From Bacteroidia bacterium (GTDB lineage: Bacteria; Bacteroidota; Bacteroidia; Bacteroidales; VadinHA17), in NCBI GenBank assembly GCA_026391555.1, contig JAPLEB010000105.1, forward strand, positions 9,356 through 73,355: a stretch of DNA of 64,000 nt, read 5' to 3'. This document shows positions 1 through 9,277 of this stretch, piece by piece. Made by a program: the position numbers and the translations under genes. How positions within the stretch are numbered: position 1 is the first letter of the stretch; each line of letters starts with the position of its first letter. The notes under the pieces are model-generated. The model had not been told where the DNA came from. It was given only the letters and a program-made list of their open reading frames with translations, and searched no databases.

Positions 1-1945
1 CTGTCGTCTTTGAGAAAAGGGTGGCTATAAGTACCGTCCACAGAGTGGGATTCTTTAAGTCCCATGCAGTGCTGGCCGTATGAAATTTGCTGTCTGCGAC
101 ACCCTGTGCAACAATAGCGCCAAAGCCACCATCAACATTGGCAATCATATAAACAATTGCCACTATGGCTCCTCCCACTAATACCAAAACCTGCATGGCA
201 TCAGTCCAGATAACCGCTTCGATACCACCCATAATAGTATATACAAGGCTCATTATACCCATCAGCCCGATACACACGAATATGTTGATCCCGGTAACTA
301 CATTAATGGCAATGGATGGCAGAAGTATTACTATCCCCATTCTCCCGACCTGGTAAAGAATATAGGAAATGCTGCAGATAAGTCTTGTTGGCATATTGAA
401 GCGCTGCTCAAGGTACTCATAGGCAGTTGTAAGGTTAAGCCTTCGGTAAAACGGGATGAAGAGGAAAATGATCAGAGGTGCTACAAAAATTATCCCCGCA
501 TTCATAAAGATATAGCTCCAGTCAGTTGCATAAGCCTTGGCCGGGATTGCCATGAAGGTGATAGAACTGAGGGCTGTACCAAAGATGCTTAGGCCGGCGG
601 CCCACCAGGGTATCCTTCCGCCACCCCTGAAATAATCATTTGATGTCTTCTGTCGTCTGGAAAAAAACCACCCTATCAGGACCAACACTCCGAAGTAAAT
701 GACCAGTACAAAGTTGTTAAGGGCCCCGAATGATTGTATGGTTCTCATCTGCTCAACAGATAAAATTTCGGGAGTTCTTACACCTGGTCTAATCTCTCCG
801 CTGGTAATGAAATAGCGGTTATCTGCTTTAACTGCATTTGTTGTTACGGGTAACAAAAAAGGAGCTATACTGTGGTTAACAACTGTATTGGTAATTGTAT
901 GGTACATAAGAACTTCCCTGCTAAATCCAGGATGATTTTCCAGAATATTTCGTATTTCGTCATTTAATATCTTTATACTGTCGTTTTCATTCTGTAAAGT
1001 GGTTTTTTCCAGTTGTTTTGCCAATTTCTGACGAAGGTTGTATTCCTCCATGGCCAACTTACCATCCACACCTCCAAAAAAAATGATGTGATTTGCCCCT
1101 GAAGATACCGCAGTTCCAGCCATCACTGGGAATTTTGATCCTTCAGGAGTGTCGAGTTTTTTCCATTTTTTCAACCTGGGATTATATTCATAACCATCAT
1201 TTAAAATTTCAAGTGATTTACCAGGACCATAATTTCTTCCGCTAAAAAGATAAAAACAGTTATCAAAGCCATCGCTTTGACCTGCGGCAACTGCAAAAGC
1301 ACGGTCTGGACCAGGCCACGATTCTAATTTTTGCCAACCATTTTCTTTGTTTTTAATATCAAGTACAAAGAAGTTATTAGTTGCAGCGGGTGTATTTAAA
1401 TCATCCTGTCCCCCGGCAATATATATCTTCCCATCTAAGAGAGTACCACACATGTTTGAAAGGGGTACTGGAAGTGATGGCCACAGATCAAACTCGATTG
1501 ATGAATTTGAATATCGAATCAAGAAAACTTCAGTATATGTTTTTTCAGCATCACATCCTCCAATGCATAGGATACCTTCAGACAGGCTGACGGATACACC
1601 ATAGGCAAGTGGACGAGGAAACATATTGGGGAAGACTTGCCATTCTTTTTTTGCATTATCGAGTGAATAAACGTAGATATCACTCCACCACTTTTTTGCT
1701 CCACCGTTCCATGGTAGTTCTCCCGGGAAGTTTGCTCCTCCAGCCACAACCAGATTCTTACCTATTATGCCGGAAAAAACACCGGCCAGTCCTCGCTGGT
1801 CTGACTCTCCAGGGGATACTGGCAACGTACTAAATTCCGTCCATAATAGCTTCTCCTGAGCAGGTAAAATTTTATTGTTTCCAAATACCAAATGAATTTG
1901 AATAAACAATAATAAAACACTGAGTATGATTTTTATAGTTCTCAT
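1..1945 (-). CDS. Fusion protein with an N-terminal NanM-like Kelch (cyclically permuted mutarotase) domain and a C-terminal sodium:solute symporter (SSS) domain. The C-terminus lies outside the window.
   Basis: Absent from the ORF track because it has no stop in-window. My translation from the ATG at 1945 (minus) gives a signal peptide MRTIKIILSVLLLFIQ and Kelch-like GGANFPGELPWNGGAKKWWSDIYVY...CGTLLDGKIYIAGG. It continues in the stretches I translated by hand, with no stop seen, into TM segments such as IPWWAAGLSIFGTALSSITFMAIPAKAYATDWSY (SSS-type). That no stop-bounded ORF is listed here supports a frame open to base 2. Confidence 0.8.
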   Translation of the reverse strand, partial: MRTIKIILSVLLLFIQIHLVFGNNKILPAQEKLLWTEFSTLPVSPGESDQRGLAGVFSGIIGKNLVVAGGANFPGELPWNGGAKKWWSDIYVYSLDNAKKEWQVFPNMFPRPLAYGVSVSLSEGILCIGGCDAEKTYTEVFLIRYSNSSIEFDLWPSLPVPLSNMCGTLLDGKIYIAGGQDDLNTPAATNNFFVLDIKNKENGWQKLESWPGPDRAFAVAAGQSDGFDNCFYLFSGRNYGPGKSLEILNDGYEYNPRLKKWKKLDTPEGSKFPVMAGTAVSSGANHIIFFGGVDGKLAMEEYNLRQKLAKQLEKTTLQNENDSIKILNDEIRNILENHPGFSREVLMYHTITNTVVNHSIAPFLLPVTTNAVKADNRYFITSGEIRPGVRTPEILSVEQMRTIQSFGALNNFVLVIYFGVLVLIGWFFSRRQKTSNDYFRGGGRIPWWAAGLSIFGTALSSITFMAIPAKAYATDWSYIFMNAGIIFVAPLIIFLFIPFYRRLNLTTAYEYLEQRFNMPTRLICSISYILYQVGRMGIVILLPSIAINVVTGINIFVCIGLMGIMSLVYTIMGGIEAVIWTDAMQVLVLVGGAIVAIVYMIANVDGGFGAIVAQGVADSKFHTASTAWDLKNPTLWTVLIATLFSKTT

Positions 1946-1970
1946 TCTTTGGGTATTGGGCTGTCTGAAA

Positions 1971-2720
1971 TCAATTATTCCCATTAGAATGATTCTTTTT
2001 CCGTAAAAAGCTATAGTAAGGTGCAAAATGTTTTACCATTGCCTGCGAAAAACCCTTTTTATCCTTTTTCTTAAGCAGATCAAGCAAGTCCATATGAGTT
2101 ACCCTCTTTCCTGTTTTTTCAATTTCCATATTTACGGGTAAAAAATAAGCCTTGAATTTTTCCTTCAGAAAGACAGAAACAGGCCGAATGACCTCCTGGA
2201 ATTCCATAATGGTTTTATTCCCTGTGATTTCGTAAAGTTTTGTATGAAACTCATATTCGCTTACAGGTGTATATTCTCCATAATTAAATACAACTCCCCT
2301 GTTTACGATGTTTTCAAGATCTTCAAGATGCTTATCATTAAGATTATTATATACCAATTCGCAAATTCCAATTTCAAGTGCCACCCTGAAACCGAGAAGA
2401 TCAAAGAGCGCTTCATCTCCAAGAATCCTGGGCAATATTACCCGCTTCATTCCACCCAGTATGGAAGGTTCTGTTAAAATCATACCTCTGCGGGTACGAG
2501 TTTCAACCAGTCCAAACATCCTAAGCCTGCTTAATGCTTCCCGCAGCACACTCCGCCCAACACCTAATGCATCTGCCAATTCCTGTTCTTTGGGAATAGA
2601 GTCACCAGGTTTAAGTTTCATAACTCTAAAATAATCCAGCAATTTTTCTTCTACCTGATCAACCAGGGTAATTTGATGATTTGTAATTTTCAGATTACTC
2701 AAAGCAGCCATATTTTCCAT
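1971..2720 (-). CDS. GntR/FadR-family transcriptional regulator (winged HTH plus FCD-type C-terminal domain)
   Basis: N-terminal LKPGDSIPKEQELADALGVGRSVLREALSRLRMFGLVETRTRRGMIL is a classic GntR HTH. Its stop is 25 nt upstream of the start of the mutarotase/symporter gene. Confidence 0.85.
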   Translation of the reverse strand: MENMAALSNLKITNHQITLVDQVEEKLLDYFRVMKLKPGDSIPKEQELADALGVGRSVLREALSRLRMFGLVETRTRRGMILTEPSILGGMKRVILPRILGDEALFDLLGFRVALEIGICELVYNNLNDKHLEDLENIVNRGVVFNYGEYTPVSEYEFHTKLYEITGNKTIMEFQEVIRPVSVFLKEKFKAYFLPVNMEIEKTGKRVTHMDLLDLLKKKDKKGFSQAMVKHFAPYYSFLRKKNHSNGNN

Positions 2721-2737
2721 TTTATCACATTTATCCT

Positions 2738-2752
2738 ATTTGTCTGACAAAT
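2738..2752. promoter_or_regulatory. Candidate GntR-type operator: 15-bp perfect palindrome atttGTctgACaaat
   Basis: Perfect palindrome 18 nt upstream of the GntR start codon. It fits the GT-N-AC core typical of GntR/FadR operators. Confidence 0.4.
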
Positions 2753-2924
2753 ATAAAATATAATTTAAATATTTCCAAATTTTTTTCTGAAATTGTGAAT
2801 TAAAATGGCAGGATAAAAACAAAACTTCGTTAACGTATTATTTATTAAAGAGTTAGAATAATACTAATCTGGCCTTTTCCGCAAGTTATGAATCGATGTT
2901 AGAAATATTTAATAATTGGCGCTG

Positions 2925-3356
2925 TTAATTCCCAAACTTCAGATACTCAATAGTTCGGTTAAAAAGTTGTGGTTGTATATCAGGGTGAGTCAGATTTTCA
3001 GGAAGATGATCCAGAAAAATAATTTCAGCAATTTCGGAAATGTCGGGTATTGGGCCAAGTTCAAAAACTTCTGCAAGATATAGTCTGCCATATCGGGTTT
3101 CTCCATCCATTTTTACCGAATAGGTTGCTATGCAATCGAGGTTAAACTTTACTGCACCGGTCTCCTCCATTAGTTCCCTGCCGGCTGCTTCCAGAGAGGT
3201 CTCTTCCTTTTCAATATGGCCCCCGGCAATCTCCCAGGTGGAACGTTTTTGATGGCGGACAAATATCCATCTGTTTTCAAATTTTGCTGTAATGATAGAA
3301 TAGGTAAGCTCTACATCAGGGATAAATAATGGGTCATATAATTTAACTTCGGTCAT
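2925..3356 (-). CDS. NUDIX hydrolase
   Basis: Nudix box GGHIEKEETSLEAAGRELMEETG (GX5EX7REUXEEXGU). Confidence 0.85.
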   Translation of the reverse strand: MTEVKLYDPLFIPDVELTYSIITAKFENRWIFVRHQKRSTWEIAGGHIEKEETSLEAAGRELMEETGAVKFNLDCIATYSVKMDGETRYGRLYLAEVFELGPIPDISEIAEIIFLDHLPENLTHPDIQPQLFNRTIEYLKFGN

Positions 3357-3443
3357 TTTTGAATATATCTTTTAACAGTTGCTAATGTAAGAATAATCGC
3401 CATAATTAATAATTAAGTACTTTTACACGCTAAATTATTTTCA

Positions 3444-4625
3444 ATGGGATTATTTATTATTCTGATCATTACTGAGGTTCTGACGCCGGTGGTTTTGCGA
3501 CAACATTTTTACAGCATATCAAGGGTAAAATACTTTATTTCAATCATAATTCATGTTATCCTGAGTCTTTGGCTCTGGATCCTTTTTATTGAAATTACCA
3601 CTGATAAAGGTTTTTTCGATACTCCCCGGCATATATGGATGTTGATGAATATGACAGGGATGATCTGTGCTGTTGTCGTGCCCAGAATAATATTGAATAT
3701 TTTACACTTTTCCGGTAGAATAATCAGAATTAAAACCGGCGGACATGTAAGATGGTTAACTAATACGGGCCTGACTATTATGATCCTGATTTTTTCGGTA
3801 ATCGCTATGGGAACTTTATATGGAAGATTTAATTTCAAAACAGATGCAGTTACTATAAAAATCAAAGGGTTAAATAAAGATCTTGACGGACTTAAAATTG
3901 TTCAACTGTCAGATATGCATTTAGCCGGGTTTTATCATCATAAAAAGTTACTGCAAAAGGTTATGGATGAGGTTAACACATATAAACCTGATTTAATACT
4001 TAACACCGGCGATTTTGTCAGCTATGGATGGAGGGAATTTGACAGGAATGACACAATCCTTTTTAAGGCAAAAAGCAGGTATGGCAATTTCGCTGTAATG
4101 GGCAACCACGATTTCGGAACTTACCATCCCGATTTCAGCGAAGCAGAAAGAGACAATAATGTACTAATAATGAATCAATTGATAACATCTTCAGGGTACA
4201 AAGTTCTCAATAATGAGTTTACAATACTCAAAATCGGAGATGCAAAAATCGGCCTGATAGGTGTAACCACAAAGGGGCGGCATCCGGATATTTTACATGG
4301 AGACCTTGGAAAAGCGATCACAGGGCTTGACAGTGTTGACCTTAAGATACTTCTCAGTCACGATCCTAACCAATGGGAGGAAGAGGTTACTGCAAAAACT
4401 GACATAGATATTACCCTCTCGGGACATACTCATGGTATGCAGATTGGTGTTCTTACAAAAAAATTCAGATGGAGTCCTTCAAAATATTTCTATCCTCACT
4501 GGAGTGGGCTTTACTCAGAGGGAAATCAATTTCAGTACGTTAACCGTGGGCTGGGAGTCCTGGCGATTACGTTCAGGATATGGATGCCACCCGAAATAAC
4601 AATAATAACGATTAAACCGGAATGA
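3444..4625 (+). CDS. Membrane-anchored metallophosphoesterase (calcineurin-like)
   Basis: Four N-terminal hydrophobic segments followed by the phosphoesterase motifs QLSDMHL, TGDFV, GNHD and GHTHG. Confidence 0.8.
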   Translation: MGLFIILIITEVLTPVVLRQHFYSISRVKYFISIIIHVILSLWLWILFIEITTDKGFFDTPRHIWMLMNMTGMICAVVVPRIILNILHFSGRIIRIKTGGHVRWLTNTGLTIMILIFSVIAMGTLYGRFNFKTDAVTIKIKGLNKDLDGLKIVQLSDMHLAGFYHHKKLLQKVMDEVNTYKPDLILNTGDFVSYGWREFDRNDTILFKAKSRYGNFAVMGNHDFGTYHPDFSEAERDNNVLIMNQLITSSGYKVLNNEFTILKIGDAKIGLIGVTTKGRHPDILHGDLGKAITGLDSVDLKILLSHDPNQWEEEVTAKTDIDITLSGHTHGMQIGVLTKKFRWSPSKYFYPHWSGLYSEGNQFQYVNRGLGVLAITFRIWMPPEITIITIKPE

Positions 4626-4655
4626 GTCTGGTTATGCCTTTTTCTTTCTGATTCC

Positions 4656-4687
4656 AAAAAAAAAGGTAGCAGAATTACCTGCTACCC
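4656..4687 (-). terminator. Rho-independent terminator of the 4803..5228 gene
   Basis: On the minus strand, gggtagcag-gtaatt-ctgctacc (8-bp stem) is followed by a run of nine T. Confidence 0.65.
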
Positions 4688-4802
4688 GCACTAATTACCC
4701 TACTGATTATTAACCTAAACTTATGACAAAATATAAGATATCTCTGAAAATAATTATTTTGAATAATTACCTAACCAACATAAGTACTGGTAAAGCAGGA
4801 GT

Positions 4803-5228
4803 TTAATTCTGTCCTTGTCCTTGTCCCTGTCCTTGTCCTTGTGGCCTTCCTGCTGCCCTTCTTTCAGCTTCTTTTGTTTTGAAGAGCTCAAAGTCTTTGT
4901 CTCCAAGAACAACTTTTAATTCTTTATCCCTGGCTACAGTAACTTCGGTCATTTTAGCTCTCATAGACTGCCTGTCTCCGGCTGCCATAAGCTTCTGCAT
5001 TTCTTCTGATGATTGCTTAGCATACTTCAGAACAACGTCATATACTTTCTTCTGAGTAGCTTCATTAAGTTTAAGGTCTGTTTTCATCCATTCTACCTGA
5101 GTTTTTGCAGACTCTTCAGGTGATCTTTGTACTCTCTGACCGCCTTGCTTCTGCCCCTGTTGTGCAGATAATGAACTCATTAGCATCGCCAAAACGATTA
5201 CTGATAAAAATCTCATTCCTGTTTTCAT
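4803..5228 (-). CDS. Small secreted protein, copy 1 (DUF4890/Spy-LTXXQ-like periplasmic protein suspected), with a C-terminal (GQ)n tail
   Basis: Start trimmed to MKTGMRFLSVIVLAMLMSSLSAQQ (signal peptide). The helical, charged body is ...AKTQVEWMKTDLKLNEATQKKVYDVVLKYAKQ.... The tail PQGQGQGQGQGQN is encoded by a CCTTGT hexamer run. Confidence 0.6.
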   Translation of the reverse strand: MKTGMRFLSVIVLAMLMSSLSAQQGQKQGGQRVQRSPEESAKTQVEWMKTDLKLNEATQKKVYDVVLKYAKQSSEEMQKLMAAGDRQSMRAKMTEVTVARDKELKVVLGDKDFELFKTKEAERRAAGRPQGQGQGQGQGQN

Positions 5229-5738
5229 AATATACGTTTTTAAAAGTTTAATTAATATAACGAATAGACAACATGAAACATGTAAATATTCCAAAAAAAA
5301 TAATTTTTAGATTTTGTTAACTTATCGCTATTAATATTTTAACATGAGTAAGATGCAAAACCGGAGGCTGTCTTAAATTTTGTTGTTATTCCGTCAACCT
5401 GCCGATATGAAGCTCTTTTTGTTTCTGGGTCATATCTTTGTATTTTTCCTGACTTCCGCATTTTTCTCCGCTCTAAAATTCAGATTCTGATAATGAGTGT
5501 GTTATAAAGGTTTTTTTAGTATTATTGGTGTCTCAGTGCGGAAGTCAGGAGTCTGGTTATGCCTTTTCCTTTCTTTCTGATTCTAAAAAAGAAAACGGGC
5601 AGCAGAATAAACTGCCACCCGCACTATATTACCCTACTCTGATTATTAACCTAAACTTCTGACCAAAGACAAAATATCTCTGAAAATAATTATTTTGAAT
5701 AATTACCTAAACAACATCAGTCCGGGTAACGTGAGAAT

Positions 5739-6161
5739 TTAATTTTTCCCTGATTTTTTCCCTTGTTTTTGTCCTTGTCCTTGTGGCTTTTCTGCCTCCT
5801 TTTTTTCAGCTTCTTTTGTTTTGAAGAGTTCATAGTCTTTATCTCCAAGAACAACTTTTAGTTCTTTATCCCTGGCTGCACCAATTTCGGTCATCTTAGC
5901 TCTTATGGCTTTCTTGTCTCCGGCTGCCGCAAGCTTCTGCATTTCCTCTTTTGATTGATTAGCATACTTCAGAACAACGTCATATACTTTCTTCTGTGTA
6001 GCTTCATTAAGTTTAAGGTCTGTTTTCATCCATTCTACCTGAGTTTTTGCAATCTCTTCAGGTGTTCTTTGAGCTCTCTGGCCCTTCGCCTGTTGTGCAG
6101 ATAGTGAACTCATTAGCATTGTTAAAACGACTACTGATAATAGTCTCATTCCTGTTTTCAT
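5739..6161 (-). CDS. Small secreted protein, copy 2 (paralog of 4803..5228), with a lysine-rich tail
   Basis: Closely similar to copy 1 over the aligned body by eye. Signal peptide MKTGMRLLSVVVLTMLMSSLSAQQ; the tail diverges to PQGQGQKQGKKSGKN. Confidence 0.6.
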   Translation of the reverse strand: MKTGMRLLSVVVLTMLMSSLSAQQAKGQRAQRTPEEIAKTQVEWMKTDLKLNEATQKKVYDVVLKYANQSKEEMQKLAAAGDKKAIRAKMTEIGAARDKELKVVLGDKDYELFKTKEAEKKEAEKPQGQGQKQGKKSGKN

Positions 6162-6864
6162 AATATAAATTTTAAAAAGTTTAATTAATATAATGAATAG
6201 ACAACTTGAAACATATAAATATTCCAATAAAAATTATTTTTAGATTTTTTTAACTTATCGCTATTGATATTTTAACATGAGCAAGATGCAAAACAGGAGG
6301 CTGTCATAAATTTTGTTGTTATTCCGGCAACCTGCCGATATGAAGCTTTTTTTATTCCTTGGTCATATCTGTAAATGCCGGTATATTGTGCATCTCATTT
6401 ACTCCTTTTTGGTAATTATTTACCTGTATTTATTCGGTAATGAAATTATTTCCCTTAAAGGTAGTACATAATTCTTTAAAGACGGACTGTTGATTCTTTT
6501 TAGCTGTGGAAATAAAGCCTTTAATTCTGGCATATCCTAAAAAACAAGTTTTTACAGCTAAAGTTATACAACACGAATGGCCCAAATTGTTGATATTCTT
6601 GCATTTTGGAATTTTATCCCCGCATGAAGGGCTTATTTGAATAAAAGTTTTTTGGTTCGCGCGAATAGTTAAAATGCCGGGAACATAAAATCACTGGAAA
6701 ACAGCATCTTATTAACAACTGCAACGCATATTTGTTAACAACACCTGGATTTTGAGGTTTATACTCAATTTAGAGCCGGGTGATTAGTAATATTCTTATA
6801 TTAGCAGCTAAACAATTACAAAAGTTCTATTTTAACGTTTTTATTTTCAACAGATTTTAATGCC

Positions 6865-8340
6865 ATGAACCAACTTAATCTCACAATCCTATTGGCTTTG
6901 TCGTATTCCTATTCAGCCAACCAACCGGAAACATCTCCAGAAAAAACGAATTCTCCTAACCTGCTGATCATTCAAACCGACGAACATAACTTCCGTACAT
7001 TGGGTTGTTATCGTGCACAGCTGAGCCATGAACAGGCTTTTATGTGGGGAGATGGCAATTATGTTGAAACTCCCAATATTGATTATCTGGCGAAGAGTGG
7101 AGTAATATTCACAAAATTTTATGCTGCCACACCTGTGTGTTCACCTTCCCGAGGCTCGCTTGTTTCAGGCATGTATCCTCAGTATACGGGCGCCCCGGTT
7201 AACGATGTACCCATGAACAGAAATATCGTAACCTTTGCCGAAGTTTTGAGCAAAGCTGGTTACCAAAATGGATTTATCGGGAAATGGCATCTCGATGGTG
7301 AAGATAAACCAGGCTGGGAACCTGTCAGTAAATTTGGTTTTGAAGACAATAAATACATGTACAATCGCGGACATTGGAAAAAACTGGTTGAATCAGTTGA
7401 TGGTCCGCAGGTGGGATCAGTAAACAGTAATGGAGATCCGATATATGACCTTAATGGCGCCGACGAGAAGTCGTTCACCACAGATTTTCTTACCGACAGG
7501 GCAATCCAATTTTTCAAAAGAAATGCATCTGTGCCTTTTTGTCTCTACCTGAGTTATCCTGATCCACACGGCCCCGACCTGGTGCGCCCACCTTACGACC
7601 AAATGTACACAAACCTGCCTTATGTAGCTCCGGCAAACTATTATGTGAATGGTGAAAATGCTCCTTCATGGGCTAAGCCTGAAAAAAATGCTGGTATCGA
7701 CCAGTCTCAATATTTTGGAATGGTCAAATGCATTGACGACAATATCGGGAGACTGCTCAAATATCTTAAATCAGAAAAATTGATCGAAAACACAGTTATC
7801 ATTTTTACTTCCGACCACGGTGATCTGCGCGCCGAACATCACCGCGAAAATAAAGGGGTCCCGCTTGAAGCTTCAGCCAAAGTTCCATTAATAATTTCGT
7901 ATCCTGCCAGGATTCCTTCCGGAGCGGTCGTAAATAAAGTGTTTAATACTGTTGATTTCGCCCCAACCATTTTAAGTTTCCTGAATCAAAAAGCGCCTGC
8001 CGAAATGCAGGGTCGCAATTTTGCAGATCTGCTGACAAATCCCGTCAATCAAAAAGATTGGGAGGATATCACGTTTATGCGTTCAACAGGCTTGGGAAAC
8101 ACCGGAAACTGGGTTGCTGCTGTTACTTCGCGGTACAAACTTATACTTTCGAAAAACGATGAACCCTGGCTGATTGATTTGCAGGAGGACCCTTATGAAT
8201 TAATTAATTTCATCAGTAAACCTGAAATGGAACCGGTGGTCAAAGAACTTGCAAAACAACTCAGCAATTATGCACAAAAACGCAATGACCCGTTTCTTCA
8301 GGGAACAAAAATGGCTGAGGATTTAAAAACTATATTGTAA
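6865..8340 (+). CDS. Sulfatase (Cys-type formylglycine sulfatase family)
   Basis: Signature TPVCSPSRGSLVSGMYP (C-x-P-x-R), plus LIIQTDEH, GKWHLDG and FTSDHGD metal/active-site motifs. Confidence 0.9.
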   Translation: MNQLNLTILLALSYSYSANQPETSPEKTNSPNLLIIQTDEHNFRTLGCYRAQLSHEQAFMWGDGNYVETPNIDYLAKSGVIFTKFYAATPVCSPSRGSLVSGMYPQYTGAPVNDVPMNRNIVTFAEVLSKAGYQNGFIGKWHLDGEDKPGWEPVSKFGFEDNKYMYNRGHWKKLVESVDGPQVGSVNSNGDPIYDLNGADEKSFTTDFLTDRAIQFFKRNASVPFCLYLSYPDPHGPDLVRPPYDQMYTNLPYVAPANYYVNGENAPSWAKPEKNAGIDQSQYFGMVKCIDDNIGRLLKYLKSEKLIENTVIIFTSDHGDLRAEHHRENKGVPLEASAKVPLIISYPARIPSGAVVNKVFNTVDFAPTILSFLNQKAPAEMQGRNFADLLTNPVNQKDWEDITFMRSTGLGNTGNWVAAVTSRYKLILSKNDEPWLIDLQEDPYELINFISKPEMEPVVKELAKQLSNYAQKRNDPFLQGTKMAEDLKTIL

Positions 8341-8569
8341 CCTTTAAAGCTATAAAGTCAGCATTGCAACGGATGGACTTTTTATTAAAAGAACTTCATG
8401 AAGAGCATGATGTGTCCGTGAAATTACCTGCCATCTGCGATGGGATTTCAGAAGAGCGCAACGAATAAGATTGGAGCTCATCAGTAAAATAGAAGGTGAT
8501 GAAAAAGCAACCCAATATTTAGAACAAAACATTGCTAATTTTGATTAGCCAATGTTTAAAATAGCATAA

Positions 8570-9277
8570 ATGTCAAGAGACCAAAGAACCCACAATATAC
8601 AGGATATAGAATTCAAAGTAATATATTCAAGAAGAAGGACCCTGGGGATCAGTGTCCTTCCCGATTCATCGGTGATAGTCAGGGTACCATATCTGACCTC
8701 TTTGAAAACAATAAACAGGATCGTTCAGGAAAAATCGGGTTGGATAATAAAACACAGAGATAGTTACAAAGAAAAAGAGAAGAGTAAGCTTAATGGATTG
8801 TATGTTACCGGTGAGACTCATCTTTTCCGTGGCAATGAGTCTGTTTTAAAGATTGAAAAATCCAGCAAAGCATATATCCGGTTTTACAATGGTATAATTG
8901 AGCTTGGACTCGAAAATACTGATGATAGCCGGGCTATAAAGTGGTGGTTGTATAAAGGGTATAAAAATGAAGCTTTGATTGTTTTTCCTGATATCATGAA
9001 TAAGGTTCTTAATAAGCATGATATACAAATGTTTAAGCCTACAGGGCTTGTTATACGTACTATGAAAAGACGCTGGGGAAGCTGTTCAAATAAAGGAATA
9101 ATAACACTGAGCACTGAACTCATTAAACTGCCTGATTTGTTTATTGAATATGTTATTCTTCATGAGTTATGCCACCTTAAACACCATAACCATGGTAAGG
9201 AATATTACAGATTATTATCTGAAGTATTTCCTGATTATAAACAGGTTAGAAAACAGTTGAGGAGGTACATTCAGTAG
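8570..9277 (+). CDS. YgjP-like M48/DUF45 metallopeptidase-fold protein
   Basis: C-terminal WGSCSNKGIITLSTELIKLP...YVILHELCHLKHHNHGKEYY (HExxH in the DUF45 context). Confidence 0.8.
   Translation: MSRDQRTHNIQDIEFKVIYSRRRTLGISVLPDSSVIVRVPYLTSLKTINRIVQEKSGWIIKHRDSYKEKEKSKLNGLYVTGETHLFRGNESVLKIEKSSKAYIRFYNGIIELGLENTDDSRAIKWWLYKGYKNEALIVFPDIMNKVLNKHDIQMFKPTGLVIRTMKRRWGSCSNKGIITLSTELIKLPDLFIEYVILHELCHLKHHNHGKEYYRLLSEVFPDYKQVRKQLRRYIQ

Larger units (their letters stand above)
4624..6370. repeat. Tandem segmental duplication: two ~0.82-kb units (4624-5437 and 5549-6370), each carrying one small secreted-protein gene with its terminator and upstream region
   Basis: Flanks align directly, for example gagtctggttatgcc...attattaacctaaactt...ctctgaaaataattattttgaataattacctaa in both units. 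Upstream regions also align: ttagattttgttaacttatcgctattaatattttaacatgag versus ttagatttttttaacttatcgctattgatattttaacatgag. Gene offsets are 933-936 nt. Confidence 0.9.

Noticed and set aside
1347-1833. Several 69-85-aa track ORFs on both strands inside 1347-1833
   Set aside because: All overlap the long open minus-strand frame encoding the Kelch/mutarotase domain, in other frames. They are shadow ORFs.
5479-5494. 16-nt exact match tcagattctgataatg between 5479-5494 and 34237-34252
   Set aside because: For ~64 kb compared on both strands, roughly one chance 16-mer match is expected, and more in AT-rich DNA. The flanks do not align.
6420-6533. 37-aa minus-strand ORF (MPELKALFPQLKRINSPSLKNYVLPLREIISLPNKYR) within the ~500-bp gene-free stretch 6370-6864 upstream of the sulfatase. 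Considered as a truncated regulator gene or a small RNA locus.
   Set aside because: It is too short, no motif was recognised, and I saw no conserved structure or promoter/terminator pair. It is left as unexplained non-coding DNA.
8373-8548. Two adjacent short frames upstream of the YgjP-like gene (MDFLLKELHEEHDVSVKLPAICDGISEERNE and RLELISKIEGDEKATQYLEQNIANFD) that look protein-like. They may be a remnant of a neighbouring gene, since YgjP-like genes often sit in type I R-M loci.
   Set aside because: Each piece is about 30 aa and I recognise no diagnostic motif. Without a database search, the remnant idea is unsupported.
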